From Candidatus Atelocyanobacterium thalassae (lineage in GTDB: Bacteria; Cyanobacteriota; Cyanobacteriia; Cyanobacteriales; Microcystaceae), in the NCBI GenBank assembly GCA_051971635.1, contig JBFPLN010000003.1:480001-544000 (forward strand): a DNA stretch of 64,000 bases. The letters are read 5' to 3'. The translations under genes and the position numbers were made by a program. The notes under the pieces were generated by a model. The model was not told the DNA's origin. It did no database searches and saw nothing but the letters and a program-made list of their open reading frames with translations. Shown one piece after another: positions 55,007-64,000 of this stretch; within the stretch, counting starts at the first letter, position 1, and each line of letters starts with the position of its first letter.

Positions 55007-57637
55007 ATGCAACCAAACGATTCTGCAAAATTTACCGAACAAGCTTGGGATGCTATTGTAAAATCGCAAGAAGTAGCCCGACGTTTCCAAAATCAAAATC
55101 TAGAGATAGAACATTTGATACTTTCACTTCTTGAGCAAGAAAATGGGTTAACTTTACAAATACTAAAACAATTAGAAATAAATATAACTGAATTTGTCCA
55201 ATATGTAGAAAACTTTGCGGATCAACAACCCAAGTTGATTGTGGTTGATCAACTATATCTAGGAAGAAACTTAGATTTGTTACTAGATACAGCTAATGTT
55301 TTATGCACACAATGGAGTGATAAATATATTGCAGTCGAACACCTTTTAATTAGTTTTACTGAAGATAAAAGACTTGGAGAGCATTTTTTAAAAAGTTTTC
55401 AGTTGAAAAAGCAAGATATAGAAAACACAGTCAAAATAGTGAAAGAGACTCGAAAAATTACTCAAAATGATAAAGACAAACCTTACGAAGCTCTAAGAAA
55501 GTTTGGACGCGATCTTACTGAGCAAGCTAAGCAAGGAAAGCTGGATCCAGTCATAGGCAGAGATGAAGAAATACGCCGCCTTATCCAAATCTTATCTCGT
55601 CGCTCTAAAAATAATCCAGTTCTTATTGGAGAACCTGGCGTTGGTAAAACTGCTATAGCAGAAGGATTAGCACAACGTATTATTAATGGTGATGTTCCTG
55701 ATTCTCTTAAAAATCGTCAATTAATATCCTTGGACATGGGAAGTTTAGTTGCCGGTGCAAAGTATAGAGGAGAGTTTGAAGAACGCCTACGCAAAGTTAT
55801 GCGAGAAGTTACAAGTTCTAATGGACAAATTGTATTATTTATTGACGAAGTTCATACTGTTGTAGGTGCTGGATCACGAGAAGGAAGCTCTATGGATGCA
55901 GGTAATCTTTTAAAGCCTATGCTAGCAAGAGGAGAACTGCGTTGTATTGGTGCAAGCACATTGGATGAATATCGTAAACATATTGAAAAAGATCCAGCAT
56001 TAGAAAGACGTTTCCAACAAGTATATGTGAACCAACCTAGTGTAGAGGACACAATTTCTATTCTGCGAGGACTTAAAGAACGTTATGAAGTTCACCATGG
56101 AGTTAAAATCACAGATGCTGCTTTAGTAGCTGCATCTAAGCTCTCTGATAGATATATAACTGGCAGGTTTTTGCCGGACAAAGCAATTGACCTTGTTGAC
56201 GAAGCCGCAGCAAAATTAAAAATGGAAATTACGTCTAAACCAGTTGAATTAGAAGATATTGATCGTCGTTTAATGCAATTACAGATGGAGAAACTTTCTT
56301 TACAAAGCGAAGAGAAAAGAGCTACTTTGAAAGTTGATTCAGTTTCCCAAAAAAGCTTAGAAAGAATTGAAAGAGAAATTAAGGATCTAGAAAATATTCA
56401 CAAGAGATTGGATGATCAATGGAGACTAGAAAAACAAATGCTAGAAGAAATTAATACTTTGAAGGAAGACGAAGAACAATTAAGAGTACAGGTAGAACAG
56501 GCAGAACGAGCATATGACTTGAACAAAGCAGCTCAGCTGAAATATGGTAGGCTTGAGGCTTTACAAAACAATTTAAAAGAGAAAGAGACAAAATTAATTA
56601 ATATTCAATCTCGAAGTGAGACTCTCTTTCGAGAACAAGTCACTGAAGCTGATATTGCAGAAATAGTAGCTGGATGGTCTGGGATCCCAACCAATCGTTT
56701 ACTAGGCTCAGAAAGAAAAAAATTACTTGAGCTAGAGGGTTATTTACATAAACAAATTATTGGTCAAGAAGAGGCAGTAGCAGCTGTCGCTGCTGCAATT
56801 CGCAGGGCTAGAGCTGGAATTAAAGACCCTTCTCGTCCTATTGGTTCTTTTCTTTTTATGGGACCTACTGGAGTAGGTAAAACTGAACTAGCTCGTGCAA
56901 TTGCTGCATTTCTCTTTGACTCACAAGATGCAATGATTCGTATTGATATGTCAGAATACATGGAAAAACATACCATTTCTAAACTAATTGGTGCTCCTCC
57001 TGGTTATGTAGGTTACGACCAAGGTGGTCAGCTTTCAGAAGCAGTACGTCGTCGACCTTACTCGGTAATTTTATTAGATGAGATAGAGAAGGCTCATGTT
57101 GATGTTTTTAATATCCTTCTACAAATTCTTGATGATGGTCGTGTTACTGATTCTCAAGGTCGTATTGTAGATTTTTGCAACACTATTATTGTTATGACTA
57201 GTAATATTGGAAGTGAATATATCTTAAATATAGTAGAAAATAACAATAACTATGAAGTAATGAGGCAAGGGGCACTTACGTCATTAAGCAAACATTTTAG
57301 GCCAGAATTTTTGAATCGTATTGATGATTTAATAATATTTCATACGCTTCAAAAAGAACATTTGAGACGTATAGTTACTTTACAAATTAAACGCATAGAA
57401 GATTTACTAGAAGAGCAAAATATTTGTTTACAGTTAAGTGATACAGCTCTTGACTATATTGTAGATACTGGGTATGACCCAACATATGGAGTAAGGCCTT
57501 TAAAAAGGGCAATTCAAAAAGAGTTAGAAAATCCAGTAGCTACAAAAATTCTAGATATGACTTTTACTTCTGGTGATATTATATTGGTTGATTTAAAATC
57601 TAATAAGTTATCTTTTCGTAAAAATATAAATAAATAA
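55007..57637 (+). CDS. clpB: ATP-dependent chaperone ClpB (ClpB2-type)
   Basis: Two AAA+ modules ([16 protein letters not shown]) with a long middle coiled coil; start set at [14 protein letters not shown]. Confidence 0.96.
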   Translation: MQPNDSAKFTEQAWDAIVKSQEVARRFQNQNLEIEHLILSLLEQENGLTLQILKQLEINITEFVQYVENFADQQPKLIVVDQLYLGRNLDLLLDTANVLCTQWSDKYIAVEHLLISFTEDKRLGEHFLKSFQLKKQDIENTVKIVKETRKITQNDKDKPYEALRKFGRDLTEQAKQGKLDPVIGRDEEIRRLIQILSRRSKNNPVLIGEPGVGKTAIAEGLAQRIINGDVPDSLKNRQLISLDMGSLVAGAKYRGEFEERLRKVMREVTSSNGQIVLFIDEVHTVVGAGSREGSSMDAGNLLKPMLARGELRCIGASTLDEYRKHIEKDPALERRFQQVYVNQPSVEDTISILRGLKERYEVHHGVKITDAALVAASKLSDRYITGRFLPDKAIDLVDEAAAKLKMEITSKPVELEDIDRRLMQLQMEKLSLQSEEKRATLKVDSVSQKSLERIEREIKDLENIHKRLDDQWRLEKQMLEEINTLKEDEEQLRVQVEQAERAYDLNKAAQLKYGRLEALQNNLKEKETKLINIQSRSETLFREQVTEADIAEIVAGWSGIPTNRLLGSERKKLLELEGYLHKQIIGQEEAVAAVAAAIRRARAGIKDPSRPIGSFLFMGPTGVGKTELARAIAAFLFDSQDAMIRIDMSEYMEKHTISKLIGAPPGYVGYDQGGQLSEAVRRRPYSVILLDEIEKAHVDVFNILLQILDDGRVTDSQGRIVDFCNTIIVMTSNIGSEYILNIVENNNNYEVMRQGALTSLSKHFRPEFLNRIDDLIIFHTLQKEHLRRIVTLQIKRIEDLLEEQNICLQLSDTALDYIVDTGYDPTYGVRPLKRAIQKELENPVATKILDMTFTSGDIILVDLKSNKLSFRKNINK

Positions 57638-57723
57638 CCGTAAAATCTACTTATTATTTTAATCCTCTCTACTAAGAGGTTTGTGAGTAAAGTAACAATA
57701 TATGAAAGAATTGCTGAGCTAAT

Positions 57724-58080
57724 ATGACTAACGAGAAAAAGAAATACTCTAGCGAGCTTATGCGTACGCCTCCTTGGGGTACTGTAACTATTTTAGAAGA
57801 AAGTATTCACTATCGTATTAACCGTATCGAGGTTAAGCCTGGTCAACATATCAGTACCCAAATGCATTATCATAGAAGCGAGCACTGGATCGTAGTATCT
57901 GGAACAGCTAAAGTTATTTTTGATGGTAAAGAACATCTTTTAAAACAAAAAGAATCAACCTATGTACCTATGAATACTAGACATCGTATAGAGAATCCAG
58001 GTGTTATTACCTTAGTGATGATTGAAGTACAAAATGGAGAGTATTTAGGTGATGATGATATTATTCGTTTCCCCGAGTGA
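57724..58080 (+). CDS. mannose-6-phosphate isomerase type II C-terminal cupin protein
   Basis: PWG, QMHYHRSEHWIVVSG, IEVQNGEYLGDDDIIRF. Confidence 0.92.
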   Translation: MTNEKKKYSSELMRTPPWGTVTILEESIHYRINRIEVKPGQHISTQMHYHRSEHWIVVSGTAKVIFDGKEHLLKQKESTYVPMNTRHRIENPGVITLVMIEVQNGEYLGDDDIIRFPE

Positions 58081-58363
58081 CTGACACTAAACATTCGTAC
58101 TCATAGTGAACAGCAATTGTCTCTAGTTAATATTATTTAAAATAAAAAGTAATTAATAGGATTATATAATTTGTCTAATTTTTTATTCTTCAAAAAGTAA
58201 GTGTTCTGGCAATTTTTTATTTTCTATATATCTAACAATGTAATATTTAATATTAAGACGAAATATAAATAACTACTTATATCAATAAAAATAATTTGAT
58301 TATATAAAATCCTTATCTTAATATTACGTTTCTAATTATTTGGGAATAAAATTTAACATCATA

Positions 58364-60079
58364 ATGAAAAAATTATCTCTACTTAATTTTCGATTACTTA
58401 TAGTTTGGACAATTATTGTTTCAGCAATATTTGGATTAATTGGAAAAATTTTCTTGTTACAATTTGTTAAAGTAGCTGAATTTAGAAGAAGAGCGAACAG
58501 TCAACAAAATGAAGAAATACGTATTGACAATCCCAGACGACCGATTGTAGACAGTGAAGGTAATATATTAGCAATGGATACAGAAAAATTCGATCTATTT
58601 ATTTACCGTGATCGGTTACCGAAAGACGAAGATAAAGAAAAAATAGCGAGAGAACTTAGTCAAATAATTAACAAGAATTACGATGATTTAATAAAGTTAT
58701 TATTAGACAAGAGAAATGTAAACAGGGTTGGATTAGATGAAATAACTATACATGAATATCAAAGAATCCTTAATAATACTACAAAAAAGTATAGAAAGGC
58801 TTTTGAGTTCATCAAGAACTTTGATCGCTCTTATCCTCAGAAAGAACTAATGTCAGATGTAGTAGGTTTTGTCAACGATAACCAGCAAGGGAAAGCAGGT
58901 ATTGAAATGAGCCAAAACAATTTATTACACCGGCAAACTAAGTATGTGACAGTACGGAAGACTGGCTCAGGAGGCATTATTCCTACTTCTCTCCCTAAAA
59001 ACTTTTTCAGATCAAACGATTGGAAATTACAATTAACAGTTAATATACGTTTACAAAGAGCTGCACGTTTTGCTTTGAAAGAAAGATTAAATACTTTTCA
59101 AGCAAAACGTGGTGCGATAATTATCATGAATGTAATAGATGGTTCTATACTAGCTTTAGTTTGTGAACCAACATTCGATCCTAATGTTTTTTATAATGTT
59201 AAAGGTGAGTTGTTAAAGAACTGGACGGTTACCGATCTTTATGAACCAGGCTCAACATTTAAACCTATCAATATTGCTTTAGCTTTGGAAGCTGGAGTAA
59301 TAGAATCTAATACTATTATTCAAGATATAGGTTTTATAAAAGTAGATAATTGGAATATTTATAATGCTTCGTTAACAGGAAATGGATTAATCAATATTGC
59401 TGAAGTTCTACAGACTTCAAGCAATGTAGGTATGGTTCAAATAATGCAACGTCTAAACAAAGAAGATTACTATAATAGACTACTAAAATTAGATATCCAT
59501 CAGAAAACCAATATTGACTTACCTGGAGAGGTAAAAGGACAGTTAAAGAGTAAAGAAATATTTACGACAAGTTCTATAGAAGCAGCTGCAACTTCTTTCG
59601 GGCAAGGTTTTTCTTTAACTCCTATTAAGCTGGCACAATTACATGGAGCCTTGGCTAACGGAGGAAAGTTAATCACTCCTCATTTAACAAAAGGATTGGT
59701 AAATCATGAAGGAACTCTAGCTTGGATACCAGAATATAAGTCTAAACAAATTTTCTCTCCTTCTGTGAGCAAAAAAGTTATAGAACTAATGGAAACTGTA
59801 GTTGATAAAGGATCAGGAAGAGCATCTAAAATACAAGGTTATCGCATTGGAGGTAAAACAGGTACAGCTCAAAAGGCCGGTAAGGGAGGATATTTACCTA
59901 ATTCTAAAATCACTAGTTTTGTTTCAGTTTTACCTATAACATCCCCAAAATATTTAGTCTTGGTAGTTTTAGATGAACCAAAAGGAAATAATACATCTGG
60001 ATCAACAGTTGCGGCACCTGCTGCAAAAATAGTAACTGATGCCTTAATATATATTGAAGGTATGCCACCAAATAAGTAA
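58364..60079 (+). CDS. ftsI: class B penicillin-binding protein (divisome PBP3)
   Basis: RRPIVD, YEPGSTFK, SSNVG, GGKTGTAQK; N-terminal TM; start uncertain (58340 TTG or 58364 ATG). Confidence 0.9.
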   Translation: MKKLSLLNFRLLIVWTIIVSAIFGLIGKIFLLQFVKVAEFRRRANSQQNEEIRIDNPRRPIVDSEGNILAMDTEKFDLFIYRDRLPKDEDKEKIARELSQIINKNYDDLIKLLLDKRNVNRVGLDEITIHEYQRILNNTTKKYRKAFEFIKNFDRSYPQKELMSDVVGFVNDNQQGKAGIEMSQNNLLHRQTKYVTVRKTGSGGIIPTSLPKNFFRSNDWKLQLTVNIRLQRAARFALKERLNTFQAKRGAIIIMNVIDGSILALVCEPTFDPNVFYNVKGELLKNWTVTDLYEPGSTFKPINIALALEAGVIESNTIIQDIGFIKVDNWNIYNASLTGNGLINIAEVLQTSSNVGMVQIMQRLNKEDYYNRLLKLDIHQKTNIDLPGEVKGQLKSKEIFTTSSIEAAATSFGQGFSLTPIKLAQLHGALANGGKLITPHLTKGLVNHEGTLAWIPEYKSKQIFSPSVSKKVIELMETVVDKGSGRASKIQGYRIGGKTGTAQKAGKGGYLPNSKITSFVSVLPITSPKYLVLVVLDEPKGNNTSGSTVAAPAAKIVTDALIYIEGMPPNK

Positions 60080-60169
60080 AAGCCTAACAGTCATTAGAAC
60101 TATCTTCTAAATATATAGAATTTAATTATTAAAAGTTAATGACTCAATTTATAAGTCTCATAAAAATAC

Positions 60170-60219
60170 TTTATGGGTTATGTTCAAAAATTATAAAAAA
60201 ATTAAACATAACCCATAAA
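60170..60219. terminator. perfect 15-bp inverted repeat between convergent ftsI and ndhD1
   Basis: TTTATGGGTTATGTT-20 nt-AACATAACCCATAAA. Confidence 0.65.
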
Positions 60220-60227
60220 TAAACTAT

Positions 60228-61811
60228 TTAAATATTTGGTGCCCTAAGTATTTCGTTATGAATAGCTGCAACATTAGTTTTTTCAATTAATGTTGGAGCA
60301 GAGTTACGCAATAAAGTGTTTAATTGATCAGTTGTAGCAGTATACATTTGAGTAACAATTTTAGGATATAAACCAATACCAATTATAGGAATTAATAAAC
60401 ATCCAATAATAAATACTTCTCTTGGCTCTGCATCAACAAGCTTCACATGAGATGTTAAGTTTTTATTTTCTGGTCCGTATAGTATTTCTTTAAGCATAGA
60501 AAGTAAATATACAGGAGTCAAAATAACTCCAACGGCTGCCAAAATAATAACAACTATTTTGAAAATAGAATTATAAGCATCGCTAGTAGCAAATCCAATG
60601 AATATCATTAACTCTGCCGCGAAGCCACTCATCCCCGGTAAAGCTAATGAGGCCATTGAACAAGTAGTCCACATGGCAAACATTTTTTTCATCTTATTAC
60701 CAATCCCACCCATTTCATCAAGCATAAGAGTATGGGTTCTATCATAAGTAGCACCAACCATAAAGAATAAGCTTGCACCGATTAATCCATGAGAAATCAT
60801 CTGTAGCATAGCTCCGCTAAGGCCTATAGATGTATATGAAGCAATCCCTATTAAAACAAAACCCATATGAGAAATAGAAGAATAAGCAATTTTTCTTTTC
60901 AGGTTTTGTTGAGCAAAAGCGGTTAACGCTGCATAAATAATATTAACTACTCCTAAAATAATTAGTATAGGAGCAAAGTAAACATGTGCATCAGGTAACA
61001 TTCCCACATTCATTCTTAAGAGAGCATATCCTCCCATCTTTAAAAGAATACCTGCTAGTAACATATGGGCAGGAGCAGTTGCCTCCCCGTGAGCGTCAGG
61101 AAGCCATGTATGAAGAGGAAAAATAGGTAACTTCACACCATATGCAATAAGAAAACAACCATATAATAATAACTGCAGTTTAAGAGGAATATCTTTAGAC
61201 GCAATTATACTCATATCAAAGGTTGTTGTATCACCAAAGAAAGCCAAAGTGAAAGCAGCTAAAAGAATAAATAGAGATCCTCCTGCAGTATATAAAATAA
61301 ACTTAGTTGCAGCATAGAGACGCTTTTTTCCACCCCATATAGAAAGGATCAGATAAACAGGTACTAGCTCTAATTCCCAAACTAAGAAAAAAAGTAACAT
61401 ATCTTGCACAGCAAAAACTGCAATTTGTCCGCCGTACATAGATAACATTAAGAAGTAAAAAAGTTTAGGTTTAAAAGTTACTGGCCATGCAGCCATAATT
61501 GCTAATGTTGTTATAAAACCTGTTAATAATATTAAAGGCATGGAAAGTCCATCGGCGCCAACGGACCATTTTAGATCAAGCTGAGGAATCCAAGTATAGC
61601 TTTCAACTAATTGAAGATTAGGATTTTTAAAATCGTATCCCGTACAAAAAGCGTAAACAATAAAAATAAAATCAATTAATCCTACCGTTAGTGCATACCA
61701 ACGTACAGTCTTACCGTTTTCATCAGGAATAAGTGGTATTAATAAAGCACTAATAATCGGGAAAAGAATAATGGTAGTTAACCATGGAAAATTAACAAGG
61801 TTCATATGCAT
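60228..61811 (-). CDS. ndhD1: NDH-1 subunit 4 (NdhD1-type)
   Basis: [52 protein letters not shown]. Confidence 0.93.
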   Translation of the reverse strand: MHMNLVNFPWLTTIILFPIISALLIPLIPDENGKTVRWYALTVGLIDFIFIVYAFCTGYDFKNPNLQLVESYTWIPQLDLKWSVGADGLSMPLILLTGFITTLAIMAAWPVTFKPKLFYFLMLSMYGGQIAVFAVQDMLLFFLVWELELVPVYLILSIWGGKKRLYAATKFILYTAGGSLFILLAAFTLAFFGDTTTFDMSIIASKDIPLKLQLLLYGCFLIAYGVKLPIFPLHTWLPDAHGEATAPAHMLLAGILLKMGGYALLRMNVGMLPDAHVYFAPILIILGVVNIIYAALTAFAQQNLKRKIAYSSISHMGFVLIGIASYTSIGLSGAMLQMISHGLIGASLFFMVGATYDRTHTLMLDEMGGIGNKMKKMFAMWTTCSMASLALPGMSGFAAELMIFIGFATSDAYNSIFKIVVIILAAVGVILTPVYLLSMLKEILYGPENKNLTSHVKLVDAEPREVFIIGCLLIPIIGIGLYPKIVTQMYTATTDQLNTLLRNSAPTLIEKTNVAAIHNEILRAPNI

Positions 61812-62097
61812 TTTCTAAGCATTTATTAATATTTTGGTAATTCACAGAAACAAAAAAGTATTTATCTATTTGCAAATGTGTCAATACCCGTTAGTGTATG
61901 ATCATGGTAATTCTAAAGCTGTGTTAAACACTGTGATATAAAGACTGCCATGTCACTAATAAATTTAACAATATTTTTCAATAGACGCTATAAATGTTAT
62001 TTTAAAAATTTTAAGTTGATTAAAATTATAGTTATTTTTAATATAACTTCGACCAATTTAAATAGTTTTTTATCTTTATTTTTTTTATCAGTTAATT

Positions 62098-63432
62098 ATG
62101 AATTCATCTTTAAACTATTCTGCTAGAGTAAGTAATGTTTTACTTGGTTCTATTGCTGAAGAGGTAGGTTTTGAAATAGGTGATACTCTCATTTCCATTA
62201 ATGGAATAACACCTCGTGATTTGATTGATTATAATTTTTTATGTTCTGATATTTTTTTACTTTTGGAAATATTAGACAATCAAGGAATAGCTTATCAAGT
62301 AGAAATTGAAAAGGATTATGATGAAGATTTAGGTTTAGAATTTGAAACAGCTTTATTTGATGGACTAATACAATGTAATAATCGTTGTCCTTTTTGTTTT
62401 ATTGATCAACAACCTTCAGGAAAAAGAAATAGCCTATACCTTAAAGATGATGATTACCGCTTAAGTTTTCTCTACGGTAGTTATTTGACATTAACTAACT
62501 TAACCAAAAAAGAATGGAAACGTATTGAGGATATGCGTTTATCACCTCTTTTTGTTTCAGTTCATGCAATTGAGCCTGATATTAGAATTAAACTTTTAAA
62601 AAACGAGAGAGCTGGAGAAATTAAGAAACAATTGGAATGGTTCCGAGATAAAAGATTACAAATTCATGCACAAATTGTGGTATGTCCTGGAATAAATGAT
62701 GGTATCCACTTGGAAAAGACTCTATTCGAACTAGCGGAATTTCATACAAAGGAGAATCCAACTGTTATATCAACTGCTATAGTCCCTGTAGGTCTGACTC
62801 GTTTTCGTCCTGAAGGGAATGAGTTAATCCCTGTAAATCAAATGAAATCAGAAGAAGTTATAATGCAAGTTCAATTGTTACAAAAAAAATTTCTTTCTGA
62901 GCTAAATAGTCATTTTGTTTGGTTAGCAGATGAATGGTTTTTAATAGCTAAAAAAGAATTACCTCCTGAATCTCATTACGAAGATTATCCCCAAATTAGT
63001 AATGGAGTTGGTTCTATTAGAAAATTTATTAAAGAATTTTATTTAATATGCCATAAAAAATTACCAGCAAGAATTGATAAAGAAAAAACTTTCATTTGGG
63101 TAGTAGGCAACGCGGTGGAAATAGTTTTTCAACCTCTAGTAAAAAAATTAAATCAAGTTGAAAACTTAACGGTTATCTTAGTTGCACTTAAAAGTGAATA
63201 CTGGGGACAAGAAATTACAGTAACAGGCTTACTTACTGGTAAAGATTTAATATCAGGGCTAAGGAATACATATTTAGGAGATGGAGTTTTAATACCTTCA
63301 GTCATGTTAAAAAGTGATAATGATATTTTTCTTGATGATATGACAATTCGGGACATATCATTAACTCTTAAAACAACATTAATTCCTATCAGTAATATTA
63401 CGGACTTACTTGAAATTTGTTTATTGAAATAG
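62098..63432 (+). CDS. PDZ plus radical SAM-like Fe-S protein (TIGR03279/DUF512 family)
   Basis: N-terminal PDZ-like; CNNRCPFCFIDQQP, KDDDYRLSFLYG, LADEW, NGVG. Confidence 0.92.
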   Translation: MNSSLNYSARVSNVLLGSIAEEVGFEIGDTLISINGITPRDLIDYNFLCSDIFLLLEILDNQGIAYQVEIEKDYDEDLGLEFETALFDGLIQCNNRCPFCFIDQQPSGKRNSLYLKDDDYRLSFLYGSYLTLTNLTKKEWKRIEDMRLSPLFVSVHAIEPDIRIKLLKNERAGEIKKQLEWFRDKRLQIHAQIVVCPGINDGIHLEKTLFELAEFHTKENPTVISTAIVPVGLTRFRPEGNELIPVNQMKSEEVIMQVQLLQKKFLSELNSHFVWLADEWFLIAKKELPPESHYEDYPQISNGVGSIRKFIKEFYLICHKKLPARIDKEKTFIWVVGNAVEIVFQPLVKKLNQVENLTVILVALKSEYWGQEITVTGLLTGKDLISGLRNTYLGDGVLIPSVMLKSDNDIFLDDMTIRDISLTLKTTLIPISNITDLLEICLLK

Positions 63433-63459
63433 ATTTTAAGTAAGTCCAAGAATAAAAAC

Positions 63460-63969
63460 TTAATTAGAAATATTTTTTACTTTAGGCTTAAGGATAGATT
63501 TAACATTAGGAATATCAGCGGGAGAAAGAAATAGAAGAGATGTGTGTGGGTCTGGAGGAGTTAGATTATAGTGGGGTTTTTTAGATTGTTCTGCTATTTC
63601 GTTTTTTAAAGATTCACTAAAAGAAGCAAGTGGAATTTCATACTTTTTTATATTTTGTAATTCGAAATATTTTTTATTCCATTCAATTGTTTTATTTGCA
63701 GTACAAGCATATATTCCCAACATAATGGTAATTAACCCTACAGTTAATATTGTAAAGCCCTTTTGAGCAGATAATAAAAATTGTAATTCTGAAGGAAACT
63801 GCTTAAAGCTATTTTTTGTAGCAATATTGTCAAGTGCTTGACTAACGTCACAATCGTCAAACTCAATTTTTTCTTTAAAATTATAATAATGACTAAGTCT
63901 CGATCTTACTGTTCTACTTATAGAATTATCTGAGATGTATTTTAGTAAATCATCATATGCATTATTCAT
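63460..63969 (-). CDS. bitopic coiled-coil protein, putative cyanobacterial FtsL-like
   Basis: Single TM (TILTVGLITIMLGIYA) then W.K.Y..LQ....YE..L....ESLKNEIAEQ..P..L..P.P...LFL.PA. Confidence 0.6.
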   Translation of the reverse strand: MNNAYDDLLKYISDNSISRTVRSRLSHYYNFKEKIEFDDCDVSQALDNIATKNSFKQFPSELQFLLSAQKGFTILTVGLITIMLGIYACTANKTIEWNKKYFELQNIKKYEIPLASFSESLKNEIAEQSKKPHYNLTPPDPHTSLLFLSPADIPNVKSILKPKVKNISN

Positions 63970-64000
63970 CTTTTATGGAATTTAGTTGTTTTCTAGCTAG

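Noticed and set aside
10247..60219. Inverted repeats as CRISPR, REP or MITE elements
   Set aside because: No shared sequence, no spacer periodicity, no target-site duplications, no cas or transposase genes
1006..63449. Short ORF-track entries overlapping real genes (e.g. 1006..1206, 11133..11486, 15042..15302, 23320..23652, 28175..28498, 29715..30065, 50256..50642, 63153..63449)
   Set aside because: Antisense or alternate-frame shadows of well-supported genes with no recognisable motifs

Overview
Gene-dense, strongly AT-rich (roughly 30% GC by eye) chromosome segment from a genome-reduced unicellular cyanobacterium. By inference it is a Crocosphaera/Cyanothece-related endosymbiont such as UCYN-A (nitroplast), although no nif gene is present here. 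It holds about 50 mostly housekeeping CDSs (accC, gcvP, cbiG-cobJ, mrdA, ftsI, pnp, mnmA, topA, rpsB-tsf, ribF, sqdX, ispF, clpB, dapF, sigG with its anti-sigma, and NDH-1 subunits ndhB/D1/S/P), plus tRNA-Phe and tRNA-His. I see no mobile elements, CRISPR arrays, prophage or defence systems, and I cannot support a new multi-gene system. The interesting signals are traces of reductive evolution that the ORF track misses: (1) a phosphopantetheinyl transferase gene broken only by a frameshift in an A10 tract; (2) decayed relics of a HAS-barrel gene and probably perR; (3) an FKBP whose N-terminal targeting segment appears cut off by one stop codon; (4) a probable inversion separating an ftsL-like gene from ftsI; (5) a set of unrelated, perfect 15-23 bp AT-rich inverted repeats at gene 3' ends, one overlapping the last codons of a gene. 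Family assignments come from recalled motifs, not database searches.
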